This document shows, piece by piece, positions 53,263 through 64,000 of a DNA stretch of 64,000 nt. The number at the start of each line of letters is the position of its first letter. The stretch's first letter is position 1. The stretch is from assembly GCF_000150275.1 (NCBI RefSeq), contig NW_002060947.1:8402043-8466042 (forward strand), read 5' to 3'. Under the pieces are notes generated by a model. It searched no databases. It was given only the letters and a program-made list of their open reading frames with translations, and was not told the DNA's origin. The translations under genes were made by a program, and so were the position numbers. The stretch comes from Trichoplax adhaerens (taxonomy: Eukaryota; Animalia; Placozoa).

Positions 53263-53435
53263 GTTAAGTAATTATTTTCAAAAGCGCTACCACGTATTTC
53301 AAGAATGATGTTGATTAAGTAAATTATTATTAAAAGTGCCGCTACATATTACAAGAAATGGTGTTGATTAAGTAAATTATTATTAAAAGTGTTGCTATAT
53401 ATTTCAAGAAATAATGTTGATTAAGTAAATTCTTA
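53263..53435. repeat. Minisatellite, ~47-bp unit, about 3.5 copies
   Basis: gttgattaagtaaattattattaaaagtg..gcta.atatt.caagaa repeated in tandem. Confidence 0.85.
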
Positions 53436-56400
53436 TAAATTTTATTCAGCTGTTTATCGAATATCATTAACCATGCTTTATTACTGTATATAGTAGGATG
53501 TCGAAGTGAATACAGTTTTATTGAATGCCGTAAAGTAGGATATAACTACAGCTCTAATAGCTAGCTGGAAAAGACGTGTTTTAAATGATAAATTTATAAA
53601 AGAAATGGATAATTATAACCCTAAGATAATTTGTAGCTAAAGTATAATATTGCCATCCGATTTTAAAAATAATAAAGACCTAGGACGACGGTCTTGAAGA
53701 AAGTTCATCGATTTGATGACTTCTACTATATGAATGGACAGATACTGGCCGAAATGATTTCGCTTTTTGTGATAGAGAAATATAGGAGTAATTTTAGTTT
53801 TGCTTTATGTTGTTAAGAATGTTATCCGCCTCTTTTTCGCTACAAGACATACAAAGAAAGGGTTTGTATAGAATTTATCTAATTCTTTTAAATTAGCATC
53901 TACTGGATAGTCGCCATTATGTAGGATAGAACTAAGGTACTTACCATACTACAGAGATCGATAGATCATAGCTAGTTTCGTGTTTAAAATTCGGAAGGGA
54001 CTAAATGATTACTGGAAGCAGATTTAGTAGCCATTTAAAGATTGATGCGAATCCGTTTAGAAGGAAAATAAATACTTTTATTGTAAGCTAATAACGTAAG
54101 TAAGTTGGCTGCGGTGGAGCAAGGTGTAAACTGTCTTGAAGTAACATGAAAATGATGAACACAGTAACTATTGCAAATAAATGAATTAGAGATAAATCGT
54201 TAGCATTTACAACTTTATGAGACGAAATACATGCAGAAAATAGGATTGCACAGTTTGATACAATATAGACCGCAATAGTCTCTGTAGTAGCAAAGACTGT
54301 AAGTATTGTAAATAATTAAACATGTCAAGCTATATTTATCCATAGTACGTCAAGACTGTAATAGGACCTCTGTTTTTGGACAATTTAGAGAATGCTTATA
54401 GTAAGTATATACTACAAACGCAATACAATCTTAATACACTACAAACTGCTGCTGCAAATTAACTATGATCTATTGCTAATACTCAAGCAGTCCAGAGAGG
54501 ATTATTCTTATTTTTGTGATAAGGATGGTTTAGAATAGGAAAGAATAGCAAAATTATTATGACGTATATCCCTCTATATGTCAATAGCATATCTTGGATT
54601 TTGGATCAACTACCTTCTCAAGGCGTTAATACTAAATTTAATGTCCATTGCTAATCTTGATTTTACCAATTATAGTTACCATACATAATCTAATGCCAGA
54701 CACTATGTTAAAATATACGAAAATACACAGAAATATCGTTACTTTGAGAACTTTAACGGCCAGTGAACAAATTGAACTGCTTCTATGACCTTAAATAAAT
54801 AATTAAAGCATTAGAATTTCATCGCAGCAAGTTATACTCTTATTAAATTTTCTATGTCGTATAACAATACCATATTAATTAAATAAGTATATAATTTTAC
54901 TCGTCGCAGTTTTTGCACACTATGCTAGAATTTGAAGATTTCATGGTTCTACAAACTTTAATCCTATGATCAGCCTTTAAAACAGAAATCTTTAAATCAT
55001 ATATTACGTACGTATGTCAACAGAGAGTCAGAATATGGTAATCAGTTCATCGTAGAATGGATTGTCTTTACATCACTGAAAAAGGGATGGGCTGTGTTAT
55101 ATGACTTAAGTTATCATTTAATTTATCGTTTGTTAGAACAAATGAAGCATCTTATCAAGTTGATTTGTTCAAGGACGCAATTTCAAGCACTCATACGCAA
55201 AAAGTAGAACTTGATTAACCTTTTCAAAGTTGAGACATCAATTATAATAATATTTATTTGAAGAAGCTACTAGAAGATATAAGATGGGAGTAATCTGCTT
55301 CATTAGACAGAGAATAAGAACTTAAATACTTAATATTGATTCGAATTGATTTAGAGATTGATATAGTAATAGATTAATTTCAGTTACTGGGAGTAAAATT
55401 AGAAACTTATTGCAGTATGCAATGCAAATCTTTACAACTTATTTTATATTTTAGATATATTGATTATAAGACAGAGGTCGTAATAAGTATGATAGATCAC
55501 AAAATGGAATAAGAGTTTACTTCTTTCTTTATTTAGTCGAAATCATTGCGGAGTAATTTGTCACTAGGTTTTAGAATAGTACTCTCAGAACGGTAAGCTT
55601 GTTTATTTTCTATTGAAATTATGATTACTTCTAAGAAATGACTGCAATTCTGCATACAGGCGAATTTAGATTAGTTTATACCTATTTCTAAGAAATTAGT
55701 TTCCTGTATAATGAAGGTTATTTATCAGCACGATATACAGATAGTATAATTGAAAATCAAACTAATTAGCTAATTATTAAATAATCAAATGATTTTAAGT
55801 TTAAAAGTCTAATATTTATAAATTTGCGTGCTGAAGAATCAATAAATTATGTGAGTAGACAAAATGAATGCTAATGTTAACATTGGAGTAGTCGTCATCA
55901 TCTTCTTATTCACGTTTTAGAGAGCTTTATACGATAGAAGATAAACATTAACGCAAATGGAACTATTTGAATCCTCTTCCACACGCCAAATCAATTTACA
56001 TTAATTAGTCATTATTTCCATATAAGAAAAATTTGTATTGGACGGTATATTTGTTTAAAGCGTTATTCATTAAATAATACGATTTAAGACTATTCAATAG
56101 CTACAATAATATCATTATTTTCACACCAAAACTGGTTAAATAAATTTTATAAGGCCGTCATTCGTTGTTATTTAATTAGGACGTACTTATAACTTGATCA
56201 TGTAATCAATTTTAGCGTTGTTCTATCGAAACATCGTTGATCGGTAACCTGTTCGATAATTTTGATTTTAAAAAATTTTATTTAATGTAATGCCTTGGCC
56301 AGATTTCTTTCAAGTGATATTGTTAGTGAAAAATGATGCAAGCATTGACAAACAATGCAATTTAAGCGCTATCTACGAAGGTCATGACACATTGAAACAA

Positions 56401-56808
56401 AGATTGCTTCAATTCTATCTTGGCATTTCTTCTTAGTTTATTATTTCCAATGGAATCTTTGTAATCATTCATGGAGCTTTTTCGTAATACGAATAAATTA
56501 TAAAGTAGAACGCTAATAAGTTGAAGGAGAGCGTAATTATTATTGTTACGTTTAAAATATTCAAATCATCTTCCAATGATATAGCTGATATTTTAATGGA
56601 TCAATATCACATGAGTCAGAAAAGCATTACTTTTATGGGAATAGTAAATAATTTCTGATTCTATTCTTTACTATTATGTAAATATTTATTCTGTCTTACA
56701 TGCAACTTAATTATTAAGGGGAATGATACATAAATATCATAGTTGTATAGTAAAGTAATCACTTTTTTAACGAGGGAAATCGCTGAGCATCATTTTAATA
56801 GTGACAAA

Positions 56809-58398
56809 ATGGTGGATATGCTTCGTGGAGAGACTCTGAGAGTTGATAAAGCTCAAAATAAATTGTGGTCTGAAGGCAATCTAGGTAAGCGATTATATAT
56901 TAAGAATACTTTAGTAACTGCTTGGTGTTTCTTTTAATCTTGCTACGCGAAAGGATCAGATTCTCTTAATTTTCTGTTGGTTATTTCACTTCAGTTTTCT
57001 TCTCCAATTACGTTTCGGAAGTTCACTTCTTGTAACTTTATATTATAGTAGAAGAACCTGAAGATCGAAGTATAAATATTAAAGCAAGAATTAGAAATTA
57101 TGAGTTGGTAAAAGAAACAATTACTGGCCTTGTAGAAGATGAAGGTAATGTTCCTAGCTATCCCTGATTATATAGTTTTATTCACATGTGGTCTAACTAG
57201 AAAATGCGATATGATATAAATCGTTCTTGATCTGATATCAGTCAAGACGATATCTATGTCTGTAATACGAAATAAAATATTCTATATAGTATAAAAACTT
57301 CCTTACTTTGGAGTTTGTATATAAAATATCATGGATAGATAGCATAAAAATGACTCTACAGTCAGCTATTAAGTGTATCTCGAGTTCTGAATATACTTGA
57401 AGCTCAATAAAGTTTACTTATGCTATTAGGATTCTCCTACATTCAAGAGGATACATTTTTTACATGTCCTAACGGTCGTTTGAAAGTAAGCTTGTTTATT
57501 TGTTGTTTATTTTTTGCGGCTCTTCTCAAGTAAAAATTTACACTTCATGCTCGTGCCTATGCAAATTGATTAGTTACGAGAATATAATACCGGCGAAAGT
57601 TTGTTAATGTTTGATGTTGAAGCCGACAAGGAACTCTTTACTAATTCCAAATATTGTTATTCAGAAGTTAAGGTAAGCACAACTAGGTGCCCATCAGATT
57701 TCTTTCTCAAGCTTTTGTATAGAGAATTTTACAACATCTTGAATATTTACTTCAATACAGGATTTAACAGCCACTAAAAACATTCTGAAATTAGCCTATG
57801 GGATTAAAGGTACAATCTAATAGCCAAAGAATGGCAATATTGACTCGTCATAATGTTTTTTTATTTCAAACCAGCTTGCTTCCTGTGTTCGTACATAAAC
57901 ATAATTTCTCTGATCGCCGATTAGGAGTTGTAAGAACGGAGAGGCTCATTGCCGAATTTGGACAGACAAAAATTTATTTAGATCGTGTGGCAGATTTAGG
58001 CGATTTTATAGAAATTTCGGTAAACTGAATAATGGCATTATCTTATCCAATAGACGATACGTATGATAGACTATAATTTCCAAAGATGCTCGTGCTATAA
58101 TTCAATTCCTGCTAAATTTATCATCTTGGAATAGAATAGATTTGATAAATTTAGTAATGGACATATTGAGTAATGGTATCCATGCAACATTAAATTTTAT
58201 CAATGAAGCTTTATAGCAAAATGGATAGCTCTAATTAGTTCTCAAAATTGGCTATAGGTCGATCTGACGCATGATCAAACCTTGGAAGATGGCCAAGAGG
58301 TCGCTCGTGATTTAATGGAACAGCTAGATATAGGGCAAACTGAACTAGTGCACTCTAGTTATATTGATATGCTAACCGAGTTTGATGACTGCCTTTAA
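56809..58398 (+). CDS. CYTH/CyaB-like protein, copy 2, with degenerate catalytic motifs
   Basis: Exons 56809-56884, 57049-57144, 57430-57485, 57574-57672, 57761-57809, 57925-58019, 58258-58398, giving an intact reading frame. Motifs SINIKAR, QEDTFFTCPNGRLKLR, LAYGIKGVV, IYLDRVADLGDFIEIS and SYIDML. The 99- and 95-bp exons match copy 1. Confidence 0.87.
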
Positions 58399-59772
58399 CT
58401 AATCTTTAGACCTTTAGTTAAATTCTGCACGGACTGATATTATTATTCAGTATTATATGGATGTCATGATTTTTCTAATAAGAAAACTACAATTGCTAGA
58501 AGTGTTTACCAAGTAAATACACTAAGAAATTGTAATCATGCTTTAAATTTCTTTAAATTTAAATATTTCTGCAGTAGATCTAAAAACAGATGGTAGATTT
58601 AATCTGTTTCTCGTTTTCGCTTCCTACTGATAATCCATAACCTATTATAATGAAAAATTAGATTTACAATATATCGATTCATGCGAAGTAACCTTAAATA
58701 TTATAGAATGGAATACAATAGTCATGATATGGCTTTTATGTTACAGTTACTAATTGTTTACATTTTCTTTTCCACGATATAGTTAGTGTACGTGATCTAT
58801 ATCACATCATCATGTCTATAATAAGACTATTAAGATATCTCCGCAAGTCATCAGATCTGATTAATAAATACATATCAATCAGATTATTAAAATAGTGTGT
58901 TCTATGTGAAAATATTTTATATAATCCGAAGTATATGCATCGTTGCCAGGCAATTTCTTAAATTTTAATAGCGAGGAAATATCGTTTCAGTGAATAGTTG
59001 TCGGTAGGTAGTCATTAGAATGCATCGTAATCATGAATTACAGCTACAGTGAATAATTAGACTAATCAAACATCGAAATACTGATGTATAAGAATCCAAA
59101 AGGGCTTTAATTTACATAAATAGTGAGCTAATAATTTGCACGAAAATATTCCCTGGATCATTTCCATAATGCGTAATGTGCAGTAATTATGAATAAATCA
59201 TTAAAACTTTGATAATAGTCCATCATGTCCTTCCGTAAATCTTTAATAAAACTGGTAATTATTTGCTACTTTAAGTGGGATGGTTGTTACTTTTCGTTAA
59301 ACTGAACAAAAATTGACTATATCACACAAGAACGACTTCAAACTGCATGCTACTTGTAGTTTGATCGAGTATGGTATGGTGCTGAACTCGATTGATTTTT
59401 TGGAGTTGATAACAATTAAAAATATGGAGATTTGCAGGCCTTATACTCGTAAGTTGTGAATTTTACTGTAACAATTTAGAGAATCTGATTGAAATTAGAC
59501 ACTCTTTGGTGGTAATAAGACAAATCTAATTTCAGTAATAATGTGATATTTGAAAGAAACTGTAGTTTAACATATTTCATTATTTAAGACAATTTATTGT
59601 AATAACAGCCTCTACTGGGTAAAAAATATATTTCTAATACTTGAAAATTTTACTAGAAGTAATAATTAATTTTTATAAATGCACACTTAAAATATACTTC
59701 TAGCATATTGCAGTACAGCCCCAAATACAGTAAATCGAAGATTAAGATTGCTAGATTATATGAAAATAAATA

Positions 59773-59809
59773 ATTGTGAGATTGTGAGATTGTGAGATTG
59801 CGAGATTGT
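59773..59809. repeat. 8-bp microsatellite (ATTGTGAG)n
   Basis: attgtgag x3, attgcgag, attgt. Confidence 0.85.
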
Positions 59810-60937
59810 ATAAGAGACAGTCTAGACATCGTCCTTGGTATCTGTTAGACGAGCGTAACTTAGGCAATAAAGTGAAGTTAACAAGAAACTGTAGTTCTTG
59901 TTTTGTTTTTGAGAAGATACTTGATTACACATGTCGTAGGACTTCATTTATGTTAGAGTCAATTAACTAACGATTAAGAGATGGAAGATTTTTATTATTA
60001 CAATTACGAATGGGATAAGCTCTGCTTTACAAATAATACTGTTCAAACTGCTAAGAGTTACTTGCTGGAGGAACTACTATATTTTTTAGCAGAGAGTTTT
60101 TTAAAAAGTAGCACTGATGTATCACTTAATTGATTTACTTTTAGGAGTTAATAAGATTTAAACCTATTTATGTGTTACGTAAATTTATAACAGTACAAAA
60201 ATATTAAAGTTGCTAATATTGTCATCCAATTCACCATAAAATATTGGAATATGACTATGGATCAGCTGATCACGAAATAAAAAGGTCTATTTTTAAATAG
60301 CTTATGCTTATAGGCAATAATTTATTTTATTTCTAGATAACACGAAACATTTGTTTTTAGAAAACACTAAATATTTTATTTACTTTTAACTTATGTAACT
60401 ATTAATACAATTATTGTAATGAAAATGTTTATTGTTCCATTTTGTAGACTAAATTTACAAGACATATCAAGACGAAACGCTAATATACTATGGGAAGACA
60501 TTTTCCGCACCAATGATTTGGTAATATTTAGATCCTTTGGATGATGTAAATTATTGCTACGATAGCTCTCGTATAATAAGAATGCAAATTGTTTGGATTT
60601 ATCTACTGAGATATTATAATAATAACTAATTTGTATGATTGAAACAGTTAAATGTTAGAGCTCCTGAAGAGCTTCTGAGCTTGGGCAGAGATATTTATCC
60701 GATACTCGACTACAGCTCACACTAGGCTGCCTTCAGTTTTCATATATCGTACACATATTAATGATTTCAGAGTTTCAGAAGCTATTGCAAAGTTAATTTG
60801 CGGCAAATAATAAATACAAATATGCCATAGATTATCTTAAATTTGTAAGGATGAATATTTTGATTAGCCAAGGTTTTCTGTAAATTATTAGCGTAATTGT
60901 TGCTTCTTTTCGTAAGCCAGCTTGTGGCTCAAATTTA

Positions 60938-63900
60938 TTATAAATCAAGATTTGGCCCATCAAAGCCTTTTTGCTGAGCCTGCTAGATGAAAAATTTTAA
61001 ATTTGTATGAGCTTATGTACCAATTGACGATCAAAAATGAAGCATTGCCTGCATTTAAATTATAAACTACATATTTAATATAGGTTCAAAGCATATGACT
61101 AACACGTAGGGCTAAAGATTCTATGGCGTTTATAACCTATAAAATAAGAATGGTTCAACATCGTAATGCATAAATTAAACAAGGTCTAAGCAAATTTAAT
61201 AATGTTATTAGCGTATAATAAAATAAGTGTCCCATAGAAATTGGATTATGTAATAATTTTATTGGAAAGAAAATAGTGAAATAAGCCTATCATACCTCTA
61301 CCATATGATGACCGTCGTATAGTGTCGATGGTAGAAATAAATCCTCTTTATTCACTCCATACAACTCTGCAGCTTTTAGAAATTTGGAGATGTTTTGGAT
61401 CTAAATTAAGAGAATCTTTATTAATTCGTTTATTCAGTAATGCAAATAATATTTTATTAAAAATTTGGAATTGTAATTATTTCTAATTAATCTATTCATG
61501 ATCGATCCGAGGCTGTTTGTAAAGCAATACCAGTATTATAAGGATGATATTGCTTTTATGAAATTTGATTAGTTGGTTTTTCAGTAGAAGTAAGGTATCG
61601 ATCAATAATATTCATGCTTAATATGCATGTAATGTTTTATTACATAGTGTGAGTAGTTAAAAACGTCCTTTAAGGCTGTATCGTTCTATGATATACTATA
61701 ATATCGTTGTAATTTCTCTGCCATTCCGCGAATTTTGCTAGACACTTGATTAATTATACATAAGTACATACCTTACCAAAAGATGATCGACTACGGGTTA
61801 TACTAGAAACTGATCCAGGCTGTAATTGATTTATTAACCTATATAAAATCGAAACTAAATTAAATAAAATCTTTCTATGTGGCATATTTTATTCATTGAT
61901 GCATAAAAACTGCTTTAATAAATTAAAAAATTCTATATTATAAAAGAAAAATTAATTTAGGCTAATGTTAAAATAATTTTCGTTTAAATCGCTTTTAAAA
62001 TGATAACAAAGGTATCTGTCAACAAAAATACAAGATGATAGATTAGGAAATACCATTCTTTTATTAATACAATTTCTAATTAACTTGTTTACTCAATTAA
62101 AGCAGTGGCCAAGAGTTTAATGACGGATTTCTGCCTATGCTATACTGCTCATAAGCAGATGCATTGCAGTCAAAGTAGATATTAGATATAGTTTAGAAAT
62201 ATTGTCGCATCAACTATCGATATCTGTTAGTATAAACTGAAAGTTTTATTATAAATTTATCGGAAATAATGATATAATGCTTGTCTAAATGCTATTGATA
62301 GCAAACATTTGTAACATATAGCTGGTGTCAATCTAGCTGAATGATAAGCAACACTATGTTAAAGACGAATTTTTCGATACGTGTATTGTTTCAAGGAAGC
62401 TATTCTACTTACAGTTAGTAGAACTAAAATTGATTATTTTTAATTCACTGTTATAATAAGAACGAATTGAGATTGGTCTAAGCAGACATCCTCCGTAAAC
62501 ATGTTACTAATACGTATCACGTATAAATACCAAGATTATTACAGCTAAAAATTGCTATAAGAACCATCAATCAGCAACTTAGTCCGGCGATATGAATTAT
62601 GTATGTAAATTCAGATATGTTACTGCGTGAAGAATTTCTTAAATTTAAACTAAATTACTGTTTGGGTTATCAATTAGTACTCGAACGTATGTTAGATCGA
62701 GAGATTTGAGCAGAGAACGTACAGAAAATCACAATAAAAAAGATATTTGCAGGACTTCCTAAACGAAGTAACTAAATGACATACTATATCAGCGGTATCT
62801 CTCAGATTCAGAAATTTTACGACAGAAATTAAAACATATTTCAGTGAAGACTATTGTTGAAGACTTTAAAAATAACTTACTATATAAAACATCAATCAGT
62901 TATCTAGCAAACGGATAGAAAGACTTATGTACTTATAAAGAATAATCTATAAAAACAGAGATAGATCTATAGAACCAAAATTTTCATAAAATGCTTATAG
63001 ATATGGTTGTTTGCTACGCAAAGTCAATTAAAAACTACGAATATGACCTAGAAATATGTTATATACCAGTAAAATACTTAGAGGAAGTTGAAAAACTATC
63101 TCGAAATAGCTGAAATATAAAGCAGGATTTCATGGTAAATGGTTTGATGTGGATGGATGAAGAGAATTGAAAGCTGCAATCGACATTTGAATTTTGAATT
63201 CAGACAGTAGAATAAGTTTAAAGTCTATCGGATACTTATATTACATGTAGGAGCCTAAATTAAGAAAAATTTTGACGACTATATATTTGATTTTCTCTAG
63301 CGACGAAATCGTGTTGGCTATAACTTTGATATTGCTTTGTGCAAAAATTTTATTTGGTAATTTAGTCCTTTTCTATCGATAAAGATAAGGCTGAAGATTT
63401 TATGTTAGTGCTGATTGTGATTAGAATTTGATAGTTAGCTCTTGAAAATGAATTTTCATATTTAGCCATTAATTAAAAAAATGAAGTTTGAATGTAGGCG
63501 TAGCTATAATGATAGCAACATTAATATTTCTTAAATGCTTGATCTTGTTTCTTGTTGTACTTTATAGCCTTTTGCTTGTGGAATAAATCAGAATAGCGAT
63601 GAAAATAGTAGTATTGGCTACGACAAAATATAGATGGAATACAGAAAATCTCTAATTTTGCATTTAGTATTAGTTTAGAGAATTGGGTGCTCGCTTTATT
63701 TGAAAGCAATGGTCGAGTATCTGATTTAAAGGTGAGTATTTATGGAGATGAAGTAATATTAAGGCTGTGTTTAATATAGAAGTATTTCCGCATAATTTGT
63801 AAGAGTTTTACTTACTCACAAAGTGCGATTCCATCCCTTAATTTAGCGGGAGCGTTATCATCTCCTAGTGATCTTCCAATAATAGCTGAGATCCAGTGTA

Positions 63901-63940
63901 GGACTTTCATTTCTTTACCTAGATCTCGCTTATCGCGAGA
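60938..63940 (-). CDS. Transgelin/calponin-family protein 3 (CH domain only; first exon lies beyond the window)
   Basis: Exons 63940-63816, 61838-61772, 61400-61296, 61136-61104, 60979-60938. Sizes 125/67/105/33 match paralog 1. Motifs KLRDGIALCELINQLQPGS and IQNISKFLKAAELYGV..DLF; ends AQQKGFDGPNLDL*. Confidence 0.88.
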
Positions 63941-64000
63941 CTAAATGAGAAAGAAAGACAGTATTATTACGTTTACGATATAAAAATTATAGGACACTAT

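Overview
AT-rich, gene-dense animal genomic DNA with short GT-AG introns. The style fits a placozoan such as Trichoplax; that is an inference and was not verified. Spliced genes reconstructed by eye, in order: 3' end of inturned (INTU, +); MTRES1/C6orf203-like (+); an unusual signal-anchored short-collagen protein with a long Gln/Pro tail (+); pyridoxal kinase (PDXK, -); MFI/C11orf65-like protein with extra IQ motifs (-); CNBD2-like cyclic nucleotide-binding protein (-). The last 31 kb is an alternating cluster of three transgelin/calponin-family paralogs and two CyaB-like CYTH paralogs, one of which looks catalytically degenerate. Between PDXK and the MFI-like gene are two hairpin-bearing tandem-repeat arrays, and the second is split by a 652-bp solo LTR with a 5-bp target-site duplication. 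RFX X-boxes precede the MFI-like and CNBD2-like genes. There are also several degenerate local duplications. No CRISPR, tRNA or rRNA was seen. All family assignments come from remembered motifs; no database searches were run.
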